A stretch of DNA of 64,000 nucleotides, taken from Actinomycetota bacterium. Lineage in GTDB: Bacteria > Actinomycetota > Acidimicrobiia > Acidimicrobiales > MedAcidi-G1. Each line of letters starts with the position of its first letter. Position 1 is the stretch's first letter. The position numbers were made by a program, and so were the translations under genes. Location: assembly GCA_902634555.1 (NCBI GenBank), contig CACPKO010000002.1:1185-65184 (forward strand), given 5' to 3'. The notes below the pieces were generated by a model. The model was not told where the DNA came from, made no database searches, and saw only the letters and a list, made by a program, of their open reading frames with translations. Positions 52,544 through 63,090 of the stretch are shown here, one piece after another.

Positions 52544-53668
52544 TCATAAGCCTTCTACTCTCTTCTCTAATAACGAGAGGTTCTCTTCTGAGACTATGGC
52601 AGCCAAACGTACATAGCCGACACCTCTGGGCCCATAAGTCTCGCCGGGCACTGAAATAACTCCAAGTTTGTCTGCTAGAAGAAAAGCAAGCTCAGAAGAG
52701 TTTCTTTCTGCGGATGGGACCCAAAGATAAAAAGAACCTCCTGGCATGCTCGCTTCAATGCCCATATGGTCGAGAATTCCTATAAGACGTTCAAGACGTT
52801 TTTTGTATCTTTCTCTTTGGATTTCAACATGTTTTTGATCTCGTAATGCAGCAATACCTGCTACTTGTGCATGCCCGGAAACCATGAGGCCTTGGTGCCT
52901 TCTTATTTCTCGGCAATACGAAACTATTTCTGGGTCGCCTGCATAGAAACCGAACCTTAATCCTGCCAAGTTTGAACGCTTAGAAAGAGAATGTACGGCT
53001 ACCACTCCTTCATTTCCATATTGGAGAACAGATTGAGCTGGGCCGTCCCAAGTGAATTCAACATAGCACTCATCGCTAAAGATAGGGACACCATGTTTGC
53101 GCCCCCAGTTGACTACTGTCTCTAAATCGTCAAGGCCTCCAGCTGGGTTTCCGGGTGTATTTATCCAAAGCATCAGAGCTCTTTTTGCATCTTCTGGATC
53201 AATACTTGAAACGTCTATCTTCCAGTCATCGCCCATAGAGACTGGGACAGCTCGGCAACCTGCTAAATCTGCGCCCATAGCATAAGACGGATATGCGATC
53301 TCTGGATACAAAACCGTGTCTCGCAGAGGATCACGAAGACTTAAAATCTTTGGCGTTCCAGCGATAAATTCTTTAGTTCCTATGCAAATTCCGTAATCAG
53401 AAGGGTCGATTGTTGTATTTAGTTGCTTCTCTGACCATTCACTAATTACTTCTCCCATGATTACCTGACGTCCTCCAAAATCAGGGTAAGGGCGCGCTAA
53501 ATCATGGTCTTTCAAGGATTGAATGATTATTTCTGGTACAGGATCTATCGGGTTTCCAACAGAGAGATCTACAGCTCCACCAGGCAAAGATGCGGCTCTT
53601 TCTCGTAACTCTCCTATTCGGCTCAACACAGGCATCGGAGGTGGGATAAAACTTTCTTGAACAGCCAT
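52544..53668 (-). CDS. dapC: N-succinyl-diaminopimelate aminotransferase (class I/II PLP)
   Basis: DLSVG.P.DP, GTKE, N.PGNP, SDECY, SLSKRSNLAG.RFGF. Confidence 0.85.
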   Translation of the reverse strand: MAVQESFIPPPMPVLSRIGELRERAASLPGGAVDLSVGNPIDPVPEIIIQSLKDHDLARPYPDFGGRQVIMGEVISEWSEKQLNTTIDPSDYGICIGTKEFIAGTPKILSLRDPLRDTVLYPEIAYPSYAMGADLAGCRAVPVSMGDDWKIDVSSIDPEDAKRALMLWINTPGNPAGGLDDLETVVNWGRKHGVPIFSDECYVEFTWDGPAQSVLQYGNEGVVAVHSLSKRSNLAGLRFGFYAGDPEIVSYCREIRRHQGLMVSGHAQVAGIAALRDQKHVEIQRERYKKRLERLIGILDHMGIEASMPGGSFYLWVPSAERNSSELAFLLADKLGVISVPGETYGPRGVGYVRLAAIVSEENLSLLEKRVEGL

Positions 53669-53672
53669 TTAT

Positions 53673-55019
53673 CTATCCTCTCATGAATTCTTCTAAACGA
53701 CCCACTGAAGATTTCTCTAAGCGGGCAAAGACTTTCCATCCTTTTTCTTCTGGAATTTCTTCTAACACTTGCCCTTCACGATGAGCCTTGGCTAACACGT
53801 CTCCTCTGTCATATGGGATGAATAACTCAATGATCTGGGATAATTCTCTTAGATGATCCCCAATCATCTTCAACAAGTCTTCGAGCCCCTCTCCAGTCGC
53901 TGCTGATACAGCTACAGCGTCTTGTTCTTGTCTTACTAGTCGTTGAGCTGCGGATTCATCTAGATCTGCCTTATTGAATGCATAGATTTGCGTTATTCCA
54001 TCTGCTCCAATTTCCCTCAAAACTGAATGCACGGCTTCAATACTTCCTTTGGGATCCGGATCTGATGAATCAACAACATGTATTAACAGATCAGCATCAA
54101 TCACTACATCAAGGGTGGAGGTAAAAGCTTCAACTAGTTGATGAGGTAATTTGCGAACAAAACCAACGGTGTCAGTCAAATAGACTTTCTCTCCTCCAGG
54201 TAATTGAAGCCGTCGCGTGGTTGCATCAAGAGTAGCGAATAGTCGATCCTCAACTAATACCCCTGCGTTGGTAAGAGAATTAAGCAATGTTGATTTTCCT
54301 GCGTTGGTGTACCCGACAATAGCTACGGCATGATTGTTTGTACGTTTCCGTGATTTTGATTGAGTGGCACGGTTTTTCTTTAACTGTTTCAGGTTAGATT
54401 CCAACTTGCTTATCCGGCGCATAAGACGACGCCGGTCAACTTCAAGTTGGGTCTCTCCTGGTCCTCGTGTACCTATTCCTCCACCCTGTTGAGAGAAGGC
54501 ATGACCGGATCGGCGGAGACGCGGTAGAAGATACCGGAGTTGCGCAAGTTCAACCTGTGTCTTTCCTTCTGGGCTTGAAGCATTCTGTGCAAAAATATCC
54601 AATATCACCGCCGTCCGATCTAGAGCACTACGTTTGAGAATCTTTTCAAGATTGCCCTGCTGGGCGGGAGTTAATTCGTTATCAAATACAACAGTGTCAG
54701 CATCTAAAGAGTCTGAGACTTGACGTATTTCTTCTGCTTTACCTCGCCCTACATACGTAGTTCGATCTGGAACTTGGCGATTTTGTACTATTTGAGCGAC
54801 AGGGTCTGCACCTGCTGTATCTACTAAGAGTGCAAGTTCTTGCAAAGATGCTTCTGTTTCTTCGCCTTCTACTTTTTCTAACGTTACTGCAGCTAAAACA
54901 ATTCGTTCTCGGAACGATCGGTCAATTAAACCTTTAGCTGTTCCGCCGTATTCACCAAAGGCACCTCTATGAGATTCATCGGCTTGAGATTGAAATTCCT
55001 GATCTGATTCTTCAATCAT
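53673..55019 (-). CDS. hflX: GTPase HflX
   Basis: GIGTRGPGETQLE, GYTNAGKST, LFATLD, DTVGF, NKAD. Confidence 0.96.
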   Translation of the reverse strand: MIEESDQEFQSQADESHRGAFGEYGGTAKGLIDRSFRERIVLAAVTLEKVEGEETEASLQELALLVDTAGADPVAQIVQNRQVPDRTTYVGRGKAEEIRQVSDSLDADTVVFDNELTPAQQGNLEKILKRSALDRTAVILDIFAQNASSPEGKTQVELAQLRYLLPRLRRSGHAFSQQGGGIGTRGPGETQLEVDRRRLMRRISKLESNLKQLKKNRATQSKSRKRTNNHAVAIVGYTNAGKSTLLNSLTNAGVLVEDRLFATLDATTRRLQLPGGEKVYLTDTVGFVRKLPHQLVEAFTSTLDVVIDADLLIHVVDSSDPDPKGSIEAVHSVLREIGADGITQIYAFNKADLDESAAQRLVRQEQDAVAVSAATGEGLEDLLKMIGDHLRELSQIIELFIPYDRGDVLAKAHREGQVLEEIPEEKGWKVFARLEKSSVGRLEEFMRG

Positions 55020-55811
55020 TCAGACCTCAAATTCTCCTTCATAGATGGTTTCACACATATAGGTTGGTCTCTCCCCCAGTGACACCGAGGCTCTGCCTCC
55101 AGGCATTCCCACTTGCACTTCATCATTAACCATGCCCCACTGATGTGCCGCCCAAGCAGATGCTACTGCACCTGAGCCACAAGCTTCTGTTAGTCCAACT
55201 CCTCGTTCCCAGTGACGCACTTGAATCTCTTGATCATCTGAAATTGCAACTAAGTGAATGTTGCAACCAATGGGCATGAAGAATGATTCTAATTTCGGCC
55301 CAACTTCACCCAAATCAATGCTTTCTACATCTTCAACTTCAATGACTAAATGTGGGTTACCGACATCAACCGATGCAACCCGATCGTGTTGCACTCCTCC
55401 AAGATCTATCTTCAGATCGTTAAAAGCTGGTCCTTTATTTGGAGCATTAAGCGACGCTTCGACAAATGCAGAATTATTTGAACTTTGCTTAATCCAAATT
55501 TGATGTTCTGTTGTTGCTGTCTTTACAGTCATGATTTTTTTTGTCATATCATTTCGATGGATTGCATGTCCGAAACAAGCTAAACCATTTCCACTTACTT
55601 CTGCCTCGCTTCCGTCCGAATTGAAGAGAGTGAAGAAAGCATCTCCTGACGTTGAGGGAGTGCCGAAAATGAGTCCATCAGCACCAATAGAATTCTTCCG
55701 GTCACAAAGATCACGGGCCATACCGAAAGGGTCGTTTGGTAGATCCTCTACAAAAGCAATGAGGAAGTCATTTCCGAGTCCTTGATAGCGGCTTATATGC
55801 ATATATTCCAT
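55020..55811 (-). CDS. dapF: Diaminopimelate epimerase
   Basis: GLGNDF, IGADG, NSDGSEAEVSGNG, GNPH, ERGVGLTEACGSG. Confidence 0.9.
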   Translation of the reverse strand: MEYMHISRYQGLGNDFLIAFVEDLPNDPFGMARDLCDRKNSIGADGLIFGTPSTSGDAFFTLFNSDGSEAEVSGNGLACFGHAIHRNDMTKKIMTVKTATTEHQIWIKQSSNNSAFVEASLNAPNKGPAFNDLKIDLGGVQHDRVASVDVGNPHLVIEVEDVESIDLGEVGPKLESFFMPIGCNIHLVAISDDQEIQVRHWERGVGLTEACGSGAVASAWAAHQWGMVNDEVQVGMPGGRASVSLGERPTYMCETIYEGEFEV

Positions 55812-55844
55812 TTTGGCCTATAGATGGTGTGTTAGTGCGACTAA

Positions 55845-56765
55845 TTAATTTTTGTTTGCTTTATCAAATATTTCTAATAATTCTACGAGGACTTCGGAAG
55901 GGTCTTCTGTAACTTCTAACCATTTGATGCGCGGATCTCGACGAAACCAGCGCTCTTGCCGTCGCGCAAACCTTCTTGTGGCAATAACCGCTTTTTCAGT
56001 TGCTTCTTCAAGGGAGCATTCTCCACGGAGATGTGAATGGAACTCTTTATATCCTAAAGCAGGAGCAGCGGTGCGAGAGATACCTTTAGCCATAACAGTT
56101 TCTACTTCTTCTAGAAACCCATTGGCGATTTGTTGTTCATAACGCTCAGAAATACGTTTATCTATGGTTTCGCGCGAAAGCTGAAGTCCGATCTGAGTAA
56201 ATGGAGTGGGTGGATATGAGTCCATACCAGGCCCAAATTGAGAAAAAGGTTTTCCTGAACCAAGAGTTACCTCTAACGCCCTCACTACTCTTCTCCTATT
56301 TGTAGACTCCATCTTCTTTGCAGCATCTGGATCTAGATTCTCTAACTGTTTGTAAAGTTTTGCTGTGTCAAACTCAGATTCAATTTCTCTTTTAACTTCT
56401 GGGAATTGTCCTGGAATAGACAAGTTGTCCACGACTGCTCTCACATGAAGTCCTGTCCCTCCGACCAAAAGCGCTTTTTGTTTTCTTCTTTCAATTTCCT
56501 TCAGAGAATTATTTGCAGCTTCTTGAAATTGTGAAACCGAAAATTCTTCAGTCGGTTCAACAATATTTATTAGATGATGTTGAACTTCTCTTTGTTCTTC
56601 ATCCGAAGGTGTGGCAGTCCCTATATTCATCCCCTGATAGATCGCCATTGAGTCCATTGAAAGAATTTCAAGATTTGGCCTTTTCTTAGCCACTTCTATG
56701 GATAGCGAAGATTTTCCAGAAGCAGTAGTCCCTATAAGCACCAAATGGCCGTTGGGGGTAACCAT
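55845..56765 (-). CDS. miaA: tRNA dimethylallyltransferase
   Basis: GTTASGKS, DSMAIY, GGTGL, RRVVRALEV, LGYKE, RRQERWF. Confidence 0.95.
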   Translation of the reverse strand: MVTPNGHLVLIGTTASGKSSLSIEVAKKRPNLEILSMDSMAIYQGMNIGTATPSDEEQREVQHHLINIVEPTEEFSVSQFQEAANNSLKEIERRKQKALLVGGTGLHVRAVVDNLSIPGQFPEVKREIESEFDTAKLYKQLENLDPDAAKKMESTNRRRVVRALEVTLGSGKPFSQFGPGMDSYPPTPFTQIGLQLSRETIDKRISERYEQQIANGFLEEVETVMAKGISRTAAPALGYKEFHSHLRGECSLEEATEKAVIATRRFARRQERWFRRDPRIKWLEVTEDPSEVLVELLEIFDKANKN

Positions 56766-56768
56766 GAA

Positions 56769-58256
56769 CTATCCCGAAGCTACCGGAATGCGACGGCGAG
56801 ACTTTGGTTGAGCCGTGATTTGCACTAACTCTGCCAACAAGTAATAACCGCCTGCCTCAGTTATTTCTACATCTGCGTAAGCTCCTGCGTTAAGTCCTTT
56901 TGCTGACTCCACATGCACTATTTTATTCTGACGAGTTCTACCTGTGACTTGATTCGGTTCACGTTTTGATGGCCCTTCAATGACTATTGATTCAATACGC
57001 CCGACTCGAGCTTGATGCTCTAAAGCCGACGAGCGAGTAATAACTCTACGTAGTCGTTCGTAACGGTCAACAGAAACTTCATGATCAACATACTTATCAA
57101 CCATCTCTGCCGCTTCGGTGCCGGGTCTGGGGGAAAAAATGAATGTATAAGCCGAGTCAAATCCGACCTCTGCCACAAGTTCAAGTGTTTGCACAAAATC
57201 TTCTTCTGTTTCCCCTGGGAAACCAACGATAATGTCAGTAGTAACGGCAAGGTCTGTAATTTGATTTCGTGCTTCGGTGAGCCGTTGTAAATAGCGTTCG
57301 GCTGTATACCCGCGATGCATGCTGGCGAGTATCCGATCGCTTCCTGACTGCAATGGCAAATGTAAATGCTCACAAACTTCATCAACACCAGCCATAGCTT
57401 CAATTGTTTCGGGGCGTAAGTCTTTTGGATGAGGGCTGGTAAACCTAACCCTCTCTATTCCATCTACTTTCCCGACAGCACGAAGTAAATCAGCGAACAA
57501 GGGTCGGGGGCGTCGACTTTCATCTAAAGCCCAAATCTTTCCAGCGGTAACTTGATCAGTCGAACTGCTTTCTTGTTGACGCAATTTCATAGTTAAATCG
57601 CGTCCATAAGAATTTACATTTTGACCCAGCAAAGTAATTTCTGTCACTCCCTCAGAGGCGAGACTTTCAATTTCTTCAATTAACTGACCAAATGGGCGAC
57701 TAATTTCAGGTCCTCTTACTGATGGAACTATGCAAAAGGCGCAAGAATTATCACAACCAATCTGTAATGTAACCAGAGCACTATGATCTTCTTCTCGACG
57801 TGTCGGCAAAGCGGAGGGGAAGAGTTCAGATTCTTCCTGCACTACTTCTTCTAAAACCTCTATAACAGGCCCATTTAGACGAGCTTCAGCAAGTAGATCA
57901 ACAGCCCGATGAACATTGTAGGTACCGAACACTACGTCAACATGTCCAGCTTTTTGCTGGATGATTTCACGATCTTTTTGTGCTAAACATCCAGCCACTG
58001 CGATCTGCATATTTGGGCGTTCTTCCTTAAGAGTTTTTAAGTTCCCCAAGGCGCCATAAAGCTTATTGTCGGCGTTCTCTCGAATACAGCAGGTATTAAG
58101 AACAATAACGTCAGCTTCTTCTTCCGTATCAGCAAGCGTCAAGCCATCTGCTTCTAAAAGGCCTGCTATACGTTCGCTATCATGCTCATTCATTTGGCAG
58201 CCATAAGTGCGGACTGTGTATGTACGAGGAGATAAAGATTCTGAGTTTTCGCTCAT
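56769..58256 (-). CDS. miaB: tRNA-2-methylthio-i6A37 methylthiotransferase
   Basis: TYGCQMNEHDSE, NTCCIRENA, CDNSCAFC radical SAM motif, TRAM domain. Confidence 0.95.
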   Translation of the reverse strand: MSENSESLSPRTYTVRTYGCQMNEHDSERIAGLLEADGLTLADTEEEADVIVLNTCCIRENADNKLYGALGNLKTLKEERPNMQIAVAGCLAQKDREIIQQKAGHVDVVFGTYNVHRAVDLLAEARLNGPVIEVLEEVVQEESELFPSALPTRREEDHSALVTLQIGCDNSCAFCIVPSVRGPEISRPFGQLIEEIESLASEGVTEITLLGQNVNSYGRDLTMKLRQQESSSTDQVTAGKIWALDESRRPRPLFADLLRAVGKVDGIERVRFTSPHPKDLRPETIEAMAGVDEVCEHLHLPLQSGSDRILASMHRGYTAERYLQRLTEARNQITDLAVTTDIIVGFPGETEEDFVQTLELVAEVGFDSAYTFIFSPRPGTEAAEMVDKYVDHEVSVDRYERLRRVITRSSALEHQARVGRIESIVIEGPSKREPNQVTGRTRQNKIVHVESAKGLNAGAYADVEITEAGGYYLLAELVQITAQPKSRRRIPVASG

Positions 58257-58328
58257 TCTTTTAGGTTACGCAGGTATAACTCAGATCACGAACCTAGCCA
58301 AGAGTAGTAACGCAGTTTAGATTTAAGT

Positions 58329-59441
58329 TCACTCATCAAGACTTATCGGCAAATCATCAACTTCTGAAAATTCATCTACTACTGCTACTTCTTCTTCTTC
58401 AGATTCCGGAGCTACTTCACGCCAAACTCTGTCTGTAATCTCCATCATCACTTCAGGGTTGTCAAAGAGAAACTTCTTTGCATTCTCTCGACCTTGACCT
58501 AATTGCTCGCCTTCATAGGTGTACCAAGCGCCTGATTTCTTAACAATGTCAAGATCTACGCCAAGGTCAATAACCGAGCCTTCACGGCTGATTCCTTGCC
58601 CATACATAATGTCAAATTCTGCTTGACGAAATGGTGGAGCCACTTTATTTTTCACTACTTTGACTCTCGTCCTATTTCCCACTATGTCTAAACCATCTTT
58701 TAAAGCTTCTATACGACGGATATCAAGACGTACTGAAGAATAGAACTTGAGTGCTCTACCTCCTGGAGTGGTTTCTGGAGATCCAAACATCACACCAATT
58801 TTTTCTCGTAACTGATTTATGAAAATACATATCGTCTGAGAACGGTTTAAATTCGATGCAAGTTTTCTTAAAGCTTGAGACATTAAACGTGCCTGAAGTC
58901 CAACATGCGAATCTCCCATGTCTCCTTCTATTTCAGCTTTTGGAGTCAAAGCAGCAACCGAATCTATGACTATCACGTCGAGGGCTCCCGAGCGGACAAG
59001 CATGTCCGCTATTTCAAGAGCTTGTTCCCCAGTATCAGGCTGGGATATCAATAATTCATCAACATCCACTCCAATTGCTCTTGCATAAGTTGGGTCCATG
59101 GCATGTTCTGCGTCAATATAAGCGCATACTCCGCCATTTCGTTGCGCCTCTGCGACAACGTGGGTAGCTAAGGTCGTCTTACCTGAACCTTCAGGACCAT
59201 AAATTTCAACAACTCTTCCTCGCGGAAGTCCACCTACACCTAATGCTAAGTCAAGAGCTAGAGCCCCAGTTGGTACTGTTTCAATAGCCATTGAAGACTT
59301 ATCGCCCATCTTCATAACGGCACCGGCGCCAAATTGTTTTTCAATCTGTCCAAGCGCAACGTCTAGCGCTTTTCCTCTTTCAGATGAATCAGCGCCTATT
59401 TCAGGAACTGTCTTACTTGGTTTATTGCTTTTCTTCGTCAT
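58329..59441 (-). CDS. recA: Recombinase RecA
   Basis: [52 protein letters not shown]. Confidence 0.98.
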   Translation of the reverse strand: MTKKSNKPSKTVPEIGADSSERGKALDVALGQIEKQFGAGAVMKMGDKSSMAIETVPTGALALDLALGVGGLPRGRVVEIYGPEGSGKTTLATHVVAEAQRNGGVCAYIDAEHAMDPTYARAIGVDVDELLISQPDTGEQALEIADMLVRSGALDVIVIDSVAALTPKAEIEGDMGDSHVGLQARLMSQALRKLASNLNRSQTICIFINQLREKIGVMFGSPETTPGGRALKFYSSVRLDIRRIEALKDGLDIVGNRTRVKVVKNKVAPPFRQAEFDIMYGQGISREGSVIDLGVDLDIVKKSGAWYTYEGEQLGQGRENAKKFLFDNPEVMMEITDRVWREVAPESEEEEVAVVDEFSEVDDLPISLDE

Positions 59442-59485
59442 GGGAACTCCGTTCTTATTTGATTCCTAATATTTGTTACATCAAG

Positions 59486-59513
59486 AATCTAGAAAATGGG
59501 TGTGACATTTCTT
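59486..59513 (-). promoter_or_regulatory. RecA-NDp / PafBC-type DNA-damage promoter of recA
   Basis: Minus strand TGTCAC-N10-TAGATT, the spacing of the mycobacterial TGTC..-N10-TAnnnT motif. Confidence 0.65.
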
Positions 59514-59537
59514 TTCTTAATAACAATATTGTAATTG

Positions 59538-59551
59538 CGAACATGTGTTCG
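59538..59551. promoter_or_regulatory. LexA box upstream of recA
   Basis: Perfect CGAAC-ATGT-GTTCG. Confidence 0.9.
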
Positions 59552-59607
59552 GTACAAGTATTTTCGCAAAATTTTTTAAAATCCATATTTTCCACTACAT
59601 TAAAAGA

Positions 59608-60015
59608 GTGGAAAACACTGAAAATCCAGTCGAAAGTAAAGAATCCCTGCGTGAACGATTAACTGACCAACAGTATAAATGCACGCAAGAAGCAGATACA
59701 GAGGCGCCGTTTACCGGTATCTACTGGGATGAGACTCGGGACGGAACCTACAGATGCATCGTGTGTGATGAACCATTGTTTAGCAGTGAAAGCAAGTTTG
59801 ACTCCGGATGTGGTTGGCCAAGTTTTGACGCCCCGATTCAAGATGGGATTATCACTTTCCGCTCTGACCAGAGTTTTGGAATGCTTCGCACCGAAACTCT
59901 TTGCACAAACTGCGGAGCTCATCTCGGACACATATTCCCAGACGGCCCCACCCCTACTGGTGATCGTTATTGCATCAATTCGGCATGCATTAATCTTGAG
60001 ACCGAAGATAACTAG
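59608..60015 (+). CDS. msrB: Peptide-methionine (R)-S-oxide reductase
   Basis: TEAPFTG, CIVC, KFDSGCGWPSF, CTNC..HLGH.F.DGP, RYCINS; GTG six nt after TACATT. Confidence 0.93.
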   Translation: MENTENPVESKESLRERLTDQQYKCTQEADTEAPFTGIYWDETRDGTYRCIVCDEPLFSSESKFDSGCGWPSFDAPIQDGIITFRSDQSFGMLRTETLCTNCGAHLGHIFPDGPTPTGDRYCINSACINLETEDN

Positions 60016-61259
60016 TTTTTTTCTGCTCGCTTAATAAGCCTTCGCCGCAAAATATCCAAGGCCGTTATCACCGTCAGTTGGCGTGCCATTGTTCGGTCAT
60101 ACGGAAACCGGACCTCAACTGCTTCCACTTCCCCATCAACACTGGTTCCAATCCAAACTAATCCTGGTCGATTACCTTCTTGTGGTTCAGGTCCTGCCAC
60201 TCCAGTTACTGCTACTGAAACATCAGCCCCTAACACCTCGCATACTCCTTTAGCCATGGACAACACTGCTTGTTCACTAACCACAGGCCCGTCTGGAACA
60301 TTTAGGACTTCATGCTTAACGGCATTAGCGTAAGACACTACAGAACCTAAGAAAGCTTGGCTGGAACCAGGAATATCAGTTAGCCGAGAAGCAATAAGGC
60401 CCCCGGTCATTGATTCTGCGGTAGCCAATGTGAGGCCTTGAGTAACCAGTTCCTTTAAAACAACTGTTTCCATATTTTCTTCGTCTATACCAAATACGAG
60501 TGGCCCTATAATTGAACGCACTCGTGTCTCTTCGTCATTTAAGAGTGCTTCAACTTCAGTTTCTGTCGGAGCTTTGGCTGTAATTCTCACCTTGAGTCCT
60601 TCCATCCCGCTTGCTAAGAAAGCAAGAGTTACCCCGGAAGTGCCATCCAGTCTTTCGATTTCTTCAGCAAGCATTTCAGCTAGCCCCGATTCCGACTGTC
60701 CCCACGTACGAAGAACACGAGATCTTATTGCTGCCACCTCACCGGAACGAGAAACCAAGTCAGGAATTACAGTTCCCTCAATCATCTGCCTCATCTCCAG
60801 AGGCACGCCTGGCACGGCGTAAATAACCTTTTCACCTACCGGACAAACCAAGCCAGGGGCTGTTCCGGGCATCTCTTTCATCGCTGTCGCCCCTCTAGGT
60901 AAATCCGCTTGACGTAAATTGTTTTCAGGCATTGCTCTTCCGCGCCCTAAGAATTTAGCTGTGATAATTTCTACCAACTCAGGGCTTTGGACCATTTCTA
61001 CATTCATGACTTCAGCAATAATGTCGCGAGTGATGTCATCTTGTGTGGGGCCCAAGCCACCAGTGACGATGACGGCATCAGCCCTATTTAAGGATTCTTC
61101 AAGAGCGAGTCGTATCCGTTGCGGATTGTCCCCCACTGCGGTGTGGCGCAAGCAATCTATCCCAGCAAGTGCAAGCTGCTCTCCTATCCAAGCTGAGTTT
61201 GTATCAACAATTTGACCAAGTAAAAGTTCTGTTCCTACTGCGACCACTTCACATCTCAT
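60012..61259 (-). CDS. cinA: Competence/damage-inducible protein CinA (with PncC NMN deamidase domain)
   Basis: GTELLLGQIVDTN, GGLGPTQDD, ATAESMTGG, TGVAGP. Confidence 0.93.
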   Translation of the reverse strand: MRCEVVAVGTELLLGQIVDTNSAWIGEQLALAGIDCLRHTAVGDNPQRIRLALEESLNRADAVIVTGGLGPTQDDITRDIIAEVMNVEMVQSPELVEIITAKFLGRGRAMPENNLRQADLPRGATAMKEMPGTAPGLVCPVGEKVIYAVPGVPLEMRQMIEGTVIPDLVSRSGEVAAIRSRVLRTWGQSESGLAEMLAEEIERLDGTSGVTLAFLASGMEGLKVRITAKAPTETEVEALLNDEETRVRSIIGPLVFGIDEENMETVVLKELVTQGLTLATAESMTGGLIASRLTDIPGSSQAFLGSVVSYANAVKHEVLNVPDGPVVSEQAVLSMAKGVCEVLGADVSVAVTGVAGPEPQEGNRPGLVWIGTSVDGEVEAVEVRFPYDRTMARQLTVITALDILRRRLIKRAEKN

Positions 61260-61271
61260 CTAAACGTTTCC

Positions 61272-61844
61272 TTACTCTCCCGTGGTGCTCGTAGCTTTAG
61301 CACCATCAAGCAAATATTGAGCCCCGGTTTGAAGCGTGAAAAGAACTGATATCCAGAGAACCACATGTATCAATACATCAACTTCTTCTAAGGGAGGAAA
61401 CACTGCTAAAAGTAGTGCCGCTCCTTGAATGGTGGTCTTCCATTTTGCAGATTTTCTAGCCGGAACCGATAAACCTTTTTGAGCAAACCATAGGCGATAA
61501 AAAGTTATTGCTGTCTCCCTTACAGCCAACAACACCACAGGGAGCAACCAATACCTACCAACAATCACTAGAGATATAGCGGCGCCTATTACAACGACTT
61601 TGTCTGCCAAAGGGTCTAAGAAAGCGCCCCACTTACTAACTGTTCCTCGCCGTCTGGCCAAAGTTCCATCAAAATAATCTGTAGAAGCCAGTAGAAGCCC
61701 TAGCAAGAAAGCTGACCAAGACACCCCGTTACGTTCATCGGAAGAGAGTATGCATGCAAAGAGAATTGGTGACAAAACAAGTCGTGACAGCGTCACCAAA
61801 TTGGCGGGGCTAACAACTGTTCCAAAATGTTTAAAAATTCTCAT
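61272..61844 (-). CDS. pgsA: CDP-diacylglycerol--glycerol-3-phosphate phosphatidyltransferase
   Basis: PAN.VT..R, D..DG.LARR.....WGAFLDPLADK; rimO-pgsA-cinA context. Confidence 0.88.
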   Translation of the reverse strand: MRIFKHFGTVVSPANLVTLSRLVLSPILFACILSSDERNGVSWSAFLLGLLLASTDYFDGTLARRRGTVSKWGAFLDPLADKVVVIGAAISLVIVGRYWLLPVVLLAVRETAITFYRLWFAQKGLSVPARKSAKWKTTIQGAALLLAVFPPLEEVDVLIHVVLWISVLFTLQTGAQYLLDGAKATSTTGE

Positions 61845-63090
61845 GAGTCTCCAGATCAGGTCCTGTAGCACCACTTACGGTAACACTAGCCAGTTCTCCC
61901 ACCGGAAGATCTTCGGGGACATTCACTACTCCATCTATTTCTGGAGCTTCTCTCCAACTTCTACCTATTCCAGCTTCATCTACAAGAACTTCAATGTTCT
62001 GACCAATTAACTTGTCTCTATGTTTTGCAGTTATTTGATCTTGGATTTCTGTTAATTCCGACAATCGCTCTGTGACGATTGAAGATTCCACTAACCCTTC
62101 AAGTGTTTCGGCATAAGTTCCTTCTTCAGGAGAGTACGGAAAGAACCCACACCAATCAATTTGCGATATTTCTAGAAAATTTAATAAAGCCTCATGGTCT
62201 TCTTCTGTTTCTCCAGGGTATCCGACAATGAAATTTGAACGGAATACCGCATCTGGCTCTCTTTCCCTAATTGCTGATATCTGATCGCTGAATCGCTTTC
62301 CATCTCCCCATCTCCTCATTCGACGCAAAAGCGAACGAGACACATGCTGAAGAGACAAATCGAAATAAGGCACATTTGTACTCAATATCGCTTCTATTAG
62401 ATCGTCGTTTAGATCTGAGGGGTATAAGTAGAGGAGTCTTACTCTCTCTACCATTTCATTTAACTGCCTAATTAAAGGAACTATGTTTTTTTCTCCCTGT
62501 CCTTGGTCTCTGCCAAATGATGCTAGGTCTTGAGCTACAAGAACGATTTCACGGGCTTCTAGTTCATTGATTTCTTCTAATATTGAATCAATAGTTCTGC
62601 TTCGTTGAGGCCCTCGAAATGCTGGGATTGCACAGAATCCGCAAGAACGATCACACCCTTCAGCAATCTTCACATAGGCCCATGGGCGGTCTGATTTTGG
62701 TCGAGGGAGATTTAAAAGATCAAACGTTGGTAGTTCTACATTTTTGGTATTGGATCGGGCATTTAGTGTGACGGGTACGCCGAACCCAGACACCTGATCT
62801 GCTTCCGGCAGAGCTTCGGAGAGTTCCCCGCCATAACGTTCCGCCATGCACCCTGTCACTACTAGGCGCGCCCCATCTTGTTTTAGTCCTGCTACTTCTA
62901 AAACTGTGTCTATAGACTCTTGTCGCGCTTCCTCAATGAACGCACAGGTATTTACAATAATTAAATCTGCATCTTGTGGCCGTTCGGTTGAAGTCATCCC
63001 ATCTTTTGTCAATAAACCGACAAGTTTGTCTGAGTCCACTTCATTTTTTGGGCAACCTAAAGTCACTAAGTGGTAGGTCGAATCATCCAT
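61831..63090 (-). CDS. rimO: Ribosomal protein uS12 methylthiotransferase
   Basis: LGCPKNEVDS, NTCAFI..ARQES, CDRSCGFC, APEIDG. Confidence 0.94.
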   Translation of the reverse strand: MDDSTYHLVTLGCPKNEVDSDKLVGLLTKDGMTSTERPQDADLIIVNTCAFIEEARQESIDTVLEVAGLKQDGARLVVTGCMAERYGGELSEALPEADQVSGFGVPVTLNARSNTKNVELPTFDLLNLPRPKSDRPWAYVKIAEGCDRSCGFCAIPAFRGPQRSRTIDSILEEINELEAREIVLVAQDLASFGRDQGQGEKNIVPLIRQLNEMVERVRLLYLYPSDLNDDLIEAILSTNVPYFDLSLQHVSRSLLRRMRRWGDGKRFSDQISAIREREPDAVFRSNFIVGYPGETEEDHEALLNFLEISQIDWCGFFPYSPEEGTYAETLEGLVESSIVTERLSELTEIQDQITAKHRDKLIGQNIEVLVDEAGIGRSWREAPEIDGVVNVPEDLPVGELASVTVSGATGPDLETHENF

